Assembly: GCA_046563655.1 (NCBI GenBank)
Contig: CM102283.1
Coordinates: forward strand, 8,494,001 to 8,558,000
Direction: 5' to 3'
Length of the DNA: 64,000 nucleotides
Source: Yuukianura sp. NJ FZ-2021
Lineage: Eukaryota
In this document: positions 1-13,962 of the stretch, piece by piece
Layout: each line of letters begins with the position of its first letter
How positions within the stretch are numbered: position 1 is the first letter of the stretch
Notes under the pieces: generated by a model
What the model saw: only the letters and a program-made list of their open reading frames with translations
What the model was told of the DNA's origin: nothing
The model's database searches: none
Translations under genes and position numbers: made by a program

Positions 1-204
1 AATGATGGCTCCAACATCCGCTAGAGGACTATGTGCTGCTCCAGCATGATGCTGGCCATGTCCATGCGCACGAGCAGTATGGTCGTCTTCGCCACGGTGC
101 TCGGCGTCTAAAGAGTGCCGCTCATGTGCATGTGATGCTCGGCCATGCTCTTGTCCACGCTGGTCATGGTTGTCAGGGTGAGCAGACTTTTTGGCTTTCT
201 GCAT
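1..204 (-). CDS. His-rich ORF running off the left edge (MQKAKKSAHPDNHDQRGQEHGRASHAHERH...), product unknown
   Basis: Open minus-strand frame from ATG 204 to base 1, higher GC than the flank, with an upstream tttcag acceptor near 295; truncated by the window. Confidence 0.35.
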   Translation of the reverse strand, partial: MQKAKKSAHPDNHDQRGQEHGRASHAHERHSLDAEHRGEDDHTARAHGHGQHHAGAAHSPLADVGAII

Positions 205-583
205 TCTGGATACTTCTGGGAACAATCTTACAAATTCACGTCACCAAGTATCCAGTACATCAACGTTCAAAAAATATACTTCCGAAGTAGTCTCCTGAAA
301 ACTTGGAAAATTGTAAAGTGTTATTAGCAAGATAAACGATGCTGTATTTTCAACAAGTACAGAGTTTCCCAGGAAACCCAAAAAATTTATTGTTCCTTTA
401 CATGGATGAGAATATACTGGATCAAAAATACTCCAAAAAAGCTGAATTAGCAGTATTTTAATAGCAAGGTCAGAATAGAATCGTGTAACCCTAAACTTTG
501 GAGTTGTGAAAAAACATATCCTAAATTATATCAATAGTTTTCTGTAATAACTCAACGAACAAAGAAAGTTTTCACCAGTGTTT

Positions 584-2272
<1,689 letters not shown>

Positions 2273-2972
2273 GACACAACACCGAATACGTCAACTTCCG
2301 AATTCACTCAACCAGTAACTCTGTCGATGTGACCTTTCTCTCTAACTAAAGTGGATGACAATCTCAGTTGCTAAAGTTGTTGTCCCTCCTTTTCTGTGCT
2401 AAATTTTGACAAAGACGAACTCTCCGGCCAAAGACTCATAGAATCACAAGTTAGTTTTAGAACCCGACCACATGCTACCTCCAACACTATCCCTTGCAGG
2501 AACCAGAGTTGGGCATAAAAAATATAAAAGAGCATTTTACACATTTAAATAATTAGAAACAAGTGGAACTTTAGATGCAAAGCCCTGTAGTATTTTTGTA
2601 CCAAAAGCGTTGCATTTTGCATGTATTTAGTATTACATTATATTGCATATGTTATATTTTATATTATTTTTATATTTAAACTTTGACACTTTGCCCAGCA
2701 CTACTACCTTGGACCTAGAGTTTGTTTGATGAGAAGCTTTTACTACAACCACAACAGTAAAAAAAGACGCGGTGGAATTTGAAAAAAATTGACCCGCCAA
2801 ATATTTAATTGCAGTTTAAGAATGGCCGTTAGATGGCAATGAACGTCCACAATCCAGAGTGAAGTGACGCCATTTATTCTAATTTCAATTAAATTAAATA
2901 ACAATTCATGTTTTCACTTTAATTTTTAATAAATAATGAAAATGAATTAATAGTTCCTGCAGCAGGAATTTA

Positions 2973-4012
2973 TTAACGTCCAAGACTGAGGAGAACGATT
3001 CCTCCGCTCTTTGGAGCAGTAGTTGGAGGCGGCAAGCAAAGCTATACGAAGAAAACGTAGGTATAAAACGTAGTGCAAGTGTAAATAAATGCAAAACGAT
3101 AATATAAAATGATAATGACATAAATTTAAGTTGGTGACCTTATCAAACGCTTGCACCACGCACAAAAAGTACGGCTTGAATCGTTTGCAATTTTGGTCAT
3201 CTTCGTCCTCGTCCAAAATTGCTAAAAACCAAATCGAACTTGTAGAATTTTTTTTAGTTGTGTTTTAAAAACCCAAATTTTGTTGTCACATTTTTTGCAG
3301 TTTGTCCAATCAGTTTTTAGTTGATTCCTATGATGCTCGAGTGGTCCAGTAAAAATTTCGTCAACGAATTCATCAACTGCACTCGTATCAAGTTTTTTCT
3401 TTTCACCATGAATCTGATTTTAAAAACAAAAGCAAAATTTTAGTAGATATGGTTAGAAAGTACTTTAAAAAACAAAGTTGCTTCAGAAGATTTCTTACAA
3501 AATCCATTTTTTCCCAAATACAAGTGACATAGCACTAAAAGTAATCAATAAAATTGTTAATCTCTTGAATAATCTTTTTATTTTCTGCATAATTTTTTTT
3601 AATTTCGATTTGCTTACGATTGGACTAGTTTTGACCGCTGCTTTCTTTTTCTCTTCTTCACAAGTCTTCTCGGCCTTCAAAAACGATTCGGGGTTGACGA
3701 CCTTGTGACCTTGACATGTCGTGAACCTGAATCCCTTGCTCTTCTCTTCTGTTTGGTTCTTGGGCGTGTCCCCTTCGTCAGCCACCGTCCTGGCCCTGGC
3801 CCCCCCTCTTACATCATCTTCTGGTGCAAACCATCGCTCATAGTCTTCATCTTTCGGAGGAGGTTTAGCCACACATTCCTGAAATAACGTTAGTTTTTCA
3901 TTTTAATTTTCAACTTTGAAGACAAAAAGTAACCCCGAAATTTCCTGTGAACTCTAACCAGTGAAAGCAGTGAAAACACAAGCAAACCGGCCAAAATCCA
4001 TTTTGAATCCAT
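2973..4012 (-). CDS. Odorant-binding protein-like secreted protein (PBP/GOBP fold, Plus-C-like), 6 exons
   Basis: Signal peptide MDSKWILAGLLVFSLLSL|ECVA; spliced Cys pattern C1-X14-C2-X3-C3 (CYVTCIWEKMDF)-X45-C4-X13-C5-X8-C6 (CKRFKPYFLC), plus one extra Cys on each side. Confidence 0.7.
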
Positions 4013-5394
4013 TTTGTACCCTACGAATTCGAACGAACGAACGACACACAGTAATGCTAAAACAAAGAATGCAAATGTAGCAAATGTAGTTATTGAATTC
4101 AGGTCATGGATTTTATGGAGTCGCAGTCGTTTTAAACAGAAATGAGGAAGTACTCAGAATCTAGTCTTTAAATGCCGATTCGGTCATTAACCTAATCGAA
4201 ATTAAGTTAAAGAAATCATTAATATAATAAAAAATAATGTTTTCCATATTAGAGAGCAGTTTTTCCCAACGAATTTTACCCCAATGCTGATCATGCCGGT
4301 TACTACATATTATATCTGTAACGCTTCTTATGAACCTGACTTGAAATCACTACATGTAGATAGATCACTTCCTCAATTAAAACAATGACCACAATGCAAT
4401 GACCTTCAACTCGGTCATACTTGGACGTACTAAATCATGCATTGCATTTTTGCATTATGCTCCTTCGCTCTACGTCTAATGCATGTAGATCACTTTATGC
4501 ATCACCTCCATACTTACTGCCTCTCATCTTCATTTCTATAAAAACTTGTCAAAAAATGTGATAAACTTATCAATTTTATAAAAAAAACTATTTATTTAGA
4601 AAAACGTAAATTGTGCCATGAAATAACGCCACGTCGCTTGATTAGAAAAAGTACTTGGACTGGAATTTTATGTTACTAGTACGAATTTCTAATCGGTGGC
4701 ACTTCTCAAAAACCAGTTAAGATGACGTGGCTGATGTATAACTTAATTAAGTTAGCAAGTGTTTTCAGCGATTCCAGGAATAAGTTTTTACACCAGATGA
4801 TTTCTAAGTTGTTGAACAATACACAATGGTCTACTGCCTACCTCTCTGCCAGCCATGTCATGTCAGTTGTCCATTGTTTTAAAGTTTTAGCACTCTGTGC
4901 TAAACTATCCAACAATTACAGGTGTGAGAATAAATTAATTGATTACCCCGCACCCCGCCCCAATCCCGCAGTCCCGCTAAGTATTTGTGGAGTTGTGCAC
5001 CGCCTGTAACATAGCCAACGGACTTATTTTCAAAAATATTCTCATGCTTAATCATTTGTTTTTACATTTTGTTCAAACTGTTTTAAATGTGATAGTAAAT
5101 GATTTGATTTTGTTGTAATGGTAAAAGGTAAATGGTAAATAGAATAATACTGTAATAGAATAATAGGTAATGCTACTTGTTTTAATATCAATAATTACTA
5201 TTAAAACAACTGTTTAAGAATGTTTTAAAAATCGAAAATGAGTTAATAAGCAATTAATGAGTTAATAAGTCATAAAGCAATTAATTCTAAGTGTAAATTT
5301 AATTCTTTTTAAATAATACTTCTGTAAGTGGCGCATTACTCTTCTATCTTAGGAATGTTCTGTGCCAAAAAAGAAATGGGCGGGGCATGAGTTG

Positions 5395-5413
5395 CGTGGA
5401 GAGATTTGATTGG
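5395..5413 (-). promoter_or_regulatory. ER stress response element (ERSE, CCAAT-N9-CCACG) in the calreticulin promoter
   Basis: Plus strand CGTGG-agagatttg-ATTGG is the exact reverse complement of the consensus, 200 bp upstream of the calreticulin ATG. Confidence 0.75.
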
Positions 5414-5612
5414 ATGGAGGTGGGTATGAATGCGGTGGACCAATGGGAAGAAGACGTGTCAGAAGAAGCCGGCTCTTTTTTATGCCTCTACTTCTCAAAG
5501 CACTTCCAGTCGTCAGTCACTTGTCCTCTTCTTCCAGTTCGGGTTGGAACTGTCTCTCTTCAGTGTTCATTGACCTCTTCTAATTGATCGATTAACTGGA
5601 AGTTAGACCAAT

Positions 5613-7414
5613 ATGAAGTCTGTCATCGCCACCGTTGTCCTCGGCCTGGTTCTGGCCTCTGCCTTAGCCGAAATTCACTTTTCAGAGACATTCGATGATG
5701 GTAAGATTCCGAATCCAAAATCGCATGTTATTCAATTAAAAGTTAGTATACAATTAACAATATGGTCATAAAATGAGGCAACACGATAATGTCATCATGA
5801 CATAACGTTAGCCATACGTTTTTAGTATTGTGGCTAGCAATCGGTAACCAGTTTTATGCTTTAGGAGATGTTGGGTTCTAATTTTGGAGTTGCATTAATG
5901 AATTTGTTTTTGCAGATACATGGACAGAGAGATGGATCACATCAAAGCACGGAGACAAGACATTCGGAAAGTTTGAACTCACTCCTGGCAAATTCTACTC
6001 CGATGCCAAAAATAACGGTGAGTGAACTTCATATGTAGTACTCATAGTCATATGTTAGGGTGAAAGAACGCCATTTCTTACGGTGTGAATTTTGCTTTTT
6101 ATTAGCCATCAAGACCTCGCAAGACGCCCACTTCTACGCAGTCTCTACGAAGTTCCCAGAGTTTACCAACGAGAAGAAGACTTTGGTTCTTCAGTTTTCC
6201 GTAAAGCATGAACAAAATATTGACTGCGGCGGTGGGTACATCAAACTGTTCAACTGTGAATTCGACCCAGAAGATATGCATGGCGATACTCCATACCTCA
6301 TCATGTTCGGACCTGACATTTGCGGCCCAGGCACCAAGAAAGTTCATGTCATCTTCAACTACAAGGGAAAGAACCACCTCATCAACAAGTAATAAACTTC
6401 AGTCAGAAAATGATACTCATAATTAGTGGAATCTTAACTGATTTATCTTTTGCCATTATCAGAGATATCCGGTGCAAGGATGACGTTTACACTCACGTCT
6501 ACACTCTTATCGTCGAACCAGACCAGTCTTACGAAGTTCTTATTGATGGAGAGAAGGTACAAAGTGGCCAATTCGAGGATGATTGGAGCTTCTTGGAACC
6601 CAAGATGGTACGGTGTGACATTGACTTGGAAAATACTGGCAGTATGAGATTCGGTTTGTCAGTTCTGTCATAATTTCAGATCAAAGATCCCGCTGCCAGC
6701 AAACCAGAAGATTGGGATGACCGAGCAATGATCGATGATGAAAATGACACCAAGCCAGAAGACTGGGATCAGCCAGAACACATTCCTGACCCAGATGCCA
6801 CCAAGCCAGAGGATTGGGATGACGAGATGGGTAAGTTATTTAGTTAATTGCAGTTGAACAGTTGAAGTTAATACAGTTTTTTATTATTTCTTACATTCAT
6901 ATTATTAATTTTATAGATGGAGAATGGGAACCTGCTCAGATTGATAACCCAGCCTTCAAGGGAGAATGGAAACCAAAACAAATCGATAACCCGAACTACA
7001 AGGGCTCATGGGTTCACCCAGAGATTCCCAACCCAGATTATCAACCAGACTCTGAAATCTACAGATACCCGGCTATCTGCGGTGTCGGCCTTGACCTCTG
7101 GCAAGTCAAGTCTGGTACTCTCTTTGACAATATCCTCATTACAGACAGCCCAGATGAAGCCAAGACTGCCCGAGATGCTATTCTTGCCGGAGCCGTAAGT
7201 GCTGAAATCAGCTGAAATTCAATTAATGTTTAACAAGTTCAAAGTATTTAACTAATTGTTTACTTTTTAGGAGGAAGAGAAGAAGATGAAGGATGCTCAA
7301 GATGAAGAGGACAAGAAGAAGTCTGATGCCGAGAAAGGAGCTGATGATGAGAAAGATGATGATGAGGATGCTGATGACGATGAGGAGGAGAAGGAAGGTC
7401 ACGACGAGTTGTAA
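5613..7414 (+). CDS. CALR: Calreticulin, 7 exons
   Basis: Signal peptide [45 protein letters not shown]-domain KPEDWD repeats, acidic tail ending HDEL*. Confidence 0.98.
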
Positions 7415-8566
7415 ACAAAGTCTCTCCATAAGCTATTTACCAGCAATTAACTTAAAAAATACCTAAATAAGCCTAATCGAAGATTATCCTTTGTACTATT
7501 ACTTTTAGTGTGTTGTTAGTTGTTTGAAGTGTCCAAATGAGTCAGTTAGTTTAGATTTAATATGGTAATTAGTACTAATGGCGAGTGTAATTTCCCTCTT
7601 CTCTTCCTCAAATCAATCACTTTACTTGTCCTATTTTGTAAATTTACTATACAAAAAATGTTAACTTAAAAGTCAAGAACAAGTTGTTATACACACAGAG
7701 ATTCTTTCCCTTGCTAACTTTATGAAAATGAGTGCGAGCCAGTCAGACATTTTTCAAAATAATTGATATCTTTGTTAATAGATATCCCATCATCGTTTCA
7801 AATTCAAACAGAAGAAAAAAAGTTTAAAAACAAGAAATCGAAGTTAAAATAATTTAATAAACACCCAAGTATTAAATTATACTTAACAGCTTATGTTCCA
7901 CTTTTCTTTGACAGAGGTCAGGGACCTTTTGCACAAACAAGGAAGTGGAAGCTTTTTGGGTTGTATGACGGTAGGGGAGCCTTTTTGTGTTGTATGATTT
8001 GCAAATTGCACAACTTGTTGTTTTGAGCTAATCAGAAGTGGATATGGCTTTGTGTGTTATTTTGGCTTTGGGTGCCATTTTTACTTGAAATTGTTGTTTT
8101 TCTTTCTGATGGGCAGAATAGTTGATCATCTTCTTTTCAAACCAATTCAAAGTGGATTAGTTACATTGAATAACTAAAGTTAACTTTGTAACTTTTGTGG
8201 GAAGATGACGAAGCTGAAGGTGTCAATTACACAAATCAATTTTTACAAGAAAGAGAAACGTCTGTCTGTCGTTTTTCCTAAACTTTCTCCTCTTCGCGCC
8301 ATAAAATTAGCAAAATTACAAAGAAACATTTCAATAACAATGTGTCAGACGTAACGTAGGTGGTTACGTGATAAAATTTGCGTTTTTAAACCGGATTGGT
8401 AACGAATTGACGCAACGAAGCAAAACGGATATACAGATTGTGGTCATTTTTCATTAGTTATACTAGGTGTGTCACGGAATTTCAAAGAAACGAAATTTGT
8501 TCGATTTTTTGTTTCAAAATTTGATTAATCGACAGCATTTTTCGCCATTTCCAAAAAAACTGGAGC

Positions 8567-8787
8567 CAAGGTTCCTTGACAACCAAAAATTAATTTTCTT
8601 TAACAGGTTGAGTACTACCTCGCTTATTGACAAAAAAAACTTGGCCCCAATTTGTGTGTAAAATTTAAAAAATTCGGCTGTATTGTCATGACTAAGAAAT
8701 GAAAGACACTCTTTTTTTTTTGCAAAATCGAAAAAAACATAAGGTATTACACAACATGCTAAAGAAAATCAAAGTCAACAAACCTTG
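8567..8787. mobile_element. MITE, older copy of the CAAGG-ended family (inverted relative to 10789-11032)
   Basis: Ends CAAGGTTCCTTGAC / GTCAACAAACCTTG; internal ttttctttaacaggttgagta shared with the second copy; degenerate 8-bp flanks actggagc/cctggaac. Confidence 0.65.
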
Positions 8788-10788
8788 CCTGGAACTTTTT
8801 TTTTAAAACTGGATGTCCATCACACCAGTTTTGTTTGTTGACGTAATTTTTTTAGCAGAACCTTGGTCAGGTGACCTCAGTTCTGAATAATTGGTTTCAT
8901 AATTTGTGAACTCAGGTACTACAGGTACTAAATTGTGATTGAAATGATATGTGGAGGTCAACTTTAATATGTAATTTTCCTCGATTAATCAAATATCAAT
9001 TTAATAGTTAACGATCTAACATTGATTAAAACGGAACCAAGCCTATGTACTTGCCAGCATCAGCGTCACCATCTCAATCTAACAATTTTAAGAATGATTA
9101 AGATCAACCTCAACTAAAAAACAAAAGATCGTGTGACACCTTGACTTACTTTCTCAACAATGGAAGACGTAAGGCCCACGTGCTTCCAAGTATAAAGTAC
9201 TGCCAAAGTACAAAGTACTGCCAGCATTTCTGTGTAAGGTTGAGGGTTGGGCAGTGACCTCCGCTGAGGTCAGAGGTTATGCCTACTCATTACGTAATGT
9301 TTACTTAAGGTTAGGGAGTTGACTTTTAGCAGAGGTCAACCGCCCTCCACTTGACTTGACGATTAATTGTGAGATTGTGTCATTGAGCTTGGCTTTGAGG
9401 CGGAAGGGGCGGAGGTGTTAAATTTTTTAGTGCAAATTACAACTTGGACTAAAAAGTTAGTTAGTCATACATTTTAGTTGTTTTGGAACTTAATGTCCTT
9501 GTCTCATGTCCTGTTTGTCTCTAATTCAAATTGTATCAAAATTCAAGATCATGATTCACATTTTAGTCCTGGTTGACATTGGAGGGCTAAAAAATGAAAA
9601 ATTTTGATAGACATCAACGAGGTTGTGAGAAAGAAAAGTTCCAGTTTCAAAGTTTTAAAAAAAAAATTTTTTCCCAATGTTCAAATTTTCGTTTCAAAAA
9701 GACTTTTTAGCACATGCAGAAATGTAAAATTCAGCGTACGCGCGTAGAATGTGGTGTAAAAAGAATTAACTTTTAAGTTGAATTTCTGGTATAAATTTTG
9801 AAGTTGAAGATTTAGTAACTTTTTTGAAAATGTTGGTGCCAAAAGGCTGCCAAAAACTGCGTTTTTTTAATTGACAGAAGTATTACTTTACTAAACATTG
9901 AAGACGTACGGCAACGTTTAGTTTGTAATTTATTTTTGAAAAGTTGTGCAGTGACTTTCATCTTTTTAATTTCTTTATCAAATTCGCATTATTACTTAAA
10001 AAAAAATTCAAAATTTTTTGCTCCTTTACCAAAACATGGTCCTTCATTAGTGTCCCACTTTGATTTTGATTTCGTTTCAACCGTGGCTCATCACCAGAAT
10101 TTAGATGAGCCAGTACTCCTCACTTTTTCACAGTAAATTCAAAATTTTTGCCAACAATTTCATTTCGCAAGCTACAAATCAAAAAATGTAAACCAAACAG
10201 AACCGGCTTCCAACACACGTTCAGCCCATTTTACTTTCTGAAAACAACTTTTTTCATTTTCGTTCATTCTACTGAACTCAATTAAAGTTTCAAAACGGAG
10301 GTGGAAGTGCAGAAATTGAAATTTTACCTGCTGCGTCTGCGCGTTTAGAAACAAGAGCACAGTGCTAAGGACATTGAACTTTAGAAAATATGGAACAAGT
10401 TTAAATGAAATCATTTTCTATAAAGTGAGAAAAGCGTGCACAAAAAATATGAAATCCTGATTAACCATATTTTATGCACATCAAGTCAATTTTTATCGAT
10501 TGATTGATGCAAAAATTCTTCAAAAAAACTTTCTGATTTTGTTTACTATTCGTGCTTAAGAAGAAAAAAAACAATGGCCAATTTTATGGATGATCTAGAA
10601 AGTTATAAATGCCAAAATCGATTTCACTTTGACTTTGTTTTTTGCAAAAAGTTTGCAAAAAAATCAAACTTTTTTGCACGATTTATGATAACTAGTTTAT
10701 CAATTTTTCTTTTAATTTTCAAGATTCAAGATCACGGATAACATTCTTGACTAACGACGCGACCTGAAGGAAAGGTGAGCAAGAAAAC

Positions 10789-11032
10789 CAAGGTTTGTTG
10801 ACTTCGATTTTCTTTAACAGGTTGTGCTACGCCTCAGTGCTGAGCAATGTTTTTTCCGATTTTTCCGATTTCCTGGCATCGTAGTCCTAACTTATAAAGC
10901 CGAATTTTGCATACGAATTGGTACCAATTTTCTGGATTGGAACAAAAATTGGTACCAATTTCTTTTTGTCAACAAGGGAAGCAATACTCAACCTGTTAAA
11001 GAAAATTAACTTTTCGCCGTCAAAGAACCTTG
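10789..11032. mobile_element. MITE with CAAGG termini and exact 8-bp TSD (P-element or hAT superfamily)
   Basis: TIRs CAAGGTTTGTTGAC...GTCAAAGAACCTTG, sub-terminal inverted ttttctttaacaggttg, and AAGAAAAC duplicated at 10781-10788 and 11033-11040. Confidence 0.85.
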
Positions 11033-13962
11033 AAGAAAACGACGTCTACACTTGCGCAGATCGTCATTGACGCAGGCGCAGGTCCAAGGCAAAGGCCTCG
11101 AATGCTCAATGATCAAATAAAGTAGATCAGATGATTCGAGTGACTTGATATCATTGACCTATTAAAAATTATCTAACAAATCAAATAATAATCAAAGAGT
11201 TTAATTAATTTCTTCCGCTTTTAACTTTAACTAGCTTGACTATTAAAGTTAAACATCCCTATTTACATTAACAAATGCCCTTATCTATATGTAATCATCA
11301 AAAACTTGAAAATTTCTTGACCTTCCCGCCCTTCATACGGATAAGAACGAGAACCATTTGGAGTGGTGCGCCGTTGTGACCTTAAGTACTAAATTCAAGG
11401 ATGCTTTGAACACTACCTCATTGCTAAAATTTTTAAAACTTCAAAATGTTTACGATTTTTATCAAAATTGTGGAATTTTTTTAAGGTTTCATATGGTTTT
11501 TCAAGAAAATTTGAGTAGTGCGCCGCAAATTACTTGCCGTCACGTTTAAAGTTTCTATTTGTTGTCGCTCAACGATGATAATTTTTTTTAGAGTTTTGTG
11601 CATACGTGTTAAATGATCCCTGAAAAATTATTGTCAAAAAGTGTTTTGTACCAGGGCGACCCAATTGCAATGCCAAAGTTAATCACTTTCGAATACTGTT
11701 TGAGCCAATTTTGAAAATTGCCAAAAAAAAAAATTGTAAGGACAAGTGCCAGAAGAGCCAGGCAGCTACTGGCTCCTGTCACTTCCGCATAGCAGCCATT
11801 TTGTTTTTAAGCGCTTCAAATATTTGTAATTGGCGGTTAACTTTGACATGGTCATTTTGAGACATGGGCAAATCCTTATTTTATAAAATTTTGAGTTTAA
11901 GTTTAACAAATTTGAAAACTGGGGTAAAATGTGACAAAGTGTTGTCAGCACAGTGGTGCACAGCACGTACTGTACAAAGAGGAGGAGGGGGAAGTTCAAA
12001 TTGAAGACAGGAGAAATGAGAGCATCATGTCGTCAAGTCGAACAGCAAGTGCAGGTAGTTGCAGTAAATACGATGGAACTAAAAGCTGGTTGCAAAAAAA
12101 AACTTGAAAAAATTAATTGGCACTTTGATCAAAAATTTCAACAAAAATGAGCGACTTTGTTGAAATGATTGTAGATTCAGAGATATGCGGTGTATTTGTA
12201 AATTGAACAAGAATCTTGTCAATCAAATCCACAATTATTGCATCAATTCAATTTAGTCCAAAATTTTAATTAAGATGTTACAAAAAAAAACGAGTCGTGC
12301 ACTGTGCAATTGTTGCCGAATTTGACGTAAAACTCAAACTGAAATTTACCGTTAACCGCAAACTTCAAAATTCAAAGTGCAGCAAAAAATTTAAAAAAAA
12401 AAGTATTCAAGAAATCACAACTTTCTAGTTTTTGCAGAAGTTTAAAAATTGTGTTAACGCGTTGTAGAGGTTAAATTGTGGGAATTGGGTTTAATTTGTT
12501 GTCACATTTAATTGTTAATTGTGAAAAAAACTTATTTTAATTAGTTAATTGTTACTTTCCAACTTCGTTTTGTCTAGAAATGTGACCTACAGAACCGAAT
12601 CCCCACTTTTTAGTCTGCATCCGTCTGTCACAGGAAGTTCCAACCGTAAAAATTGGAACAAAAGTGAACAAAACAAAATGATTTTCCTTTTTTCTCTCAA
12701 GTTTTTGTTCTTTTTACAAAATTTTGAAGTTGGCGGTCGTGCTTAAAAGATTTCAGTACTATGAACATTGACAAGCAGAAAGAGGGGGGTGACTTTTTGA
12801 ATTTACAGTTTGTAAAAAGAGATTTCATTTTTGTGTGGTTAAAAATGATGATGATGATGAACATCATGATGATGGTCGAAAATTGCACAACGTCAGTTTC
12901 TCACGAACCTCAACCAGAAAAATCCAACTAAAAGCAGAAATAACCAGATATTTCTGGTTATTTCTGGTAAGGTGTACCAAGTTACTAAACTAACTTTAAC
13001 CAACAACGCCATATTGGCAATGGGGCTCGTCAAGAACAAAAGAGAGACACGTCCAAAAGCCTATAATTGCACAAAAGTGTACCAAACCATGAATTTCTCA
13101 TTATTTTCGCCAACTTTTCAAAATTTCTTCCTTTTTCCTTGGAAAGTTTCTTTAAATAGAAAATAAAATTTTAATGAGAGTTGAAACAAAAGTGTATCAA
13201 AAAAGGAATTTTTAAGTAGGACAATGTTAGATTCTAAAAAAAAGGTTAGAATTTTTTTAAAGTTCAAAATTTTGAATGTTGTGTATAACAAATTGTTCAT
13301 ATTTTTTGTAACTTAAACTGTATAATACATGTCGTGTAATTAGTATGCGGAAATTGAGAGTGCTCTCAATGGTTGAGAAGAGGTCATGTGGGTGTGGGGG
13401 GCCATAGTGACGTGCGATTGGGCCTTGAGGGGGGGGGGGTTGAAGAAGAAGGGGGGGGGTTGATGGGGGGGGGGCTTTTGGCAACAAGTGAGGGGGTATA
13501 GTTAAGTTTTTTGCAATTGAATGTAAGTTGAAGGGAGATTTGTTAAGGGATGATGAAGGAAAGTGGAACTTGAGGAACTCGTCTCTGGTCTAGAAATTCC
13601 GTTCAGATTCATAGCATTTAGAATTTGGTGTCAGGAGAAGCAAGTCGAAGTTCAAGTCAAACCGTTCTTGTGGTTAAAAAGCGCCATCTACAACGATTTT
13701 CAAAAAAAAATTTGGAAAGATTTTTGAAAAGTGGAACAAAGTGAATCAACTCTGATTGGCTTGTACTAGTGACTTTAGTCGTGTGACTCCTTGTGCCATG
13801 CTTTCTGGCGCCAAAACGCGTAATTTTGAAATTTTGAAATTTTAATCTCGTTTTTCACGTTCCCCAAAAAGTGCCCGTCCCCCTGCGCTTGCCTAGTCTA
13901 AAAATTCTCCAGAACTTATTATGGATACGCTGCTCAATTTTAGTTGTAGAAGACACTTCACC

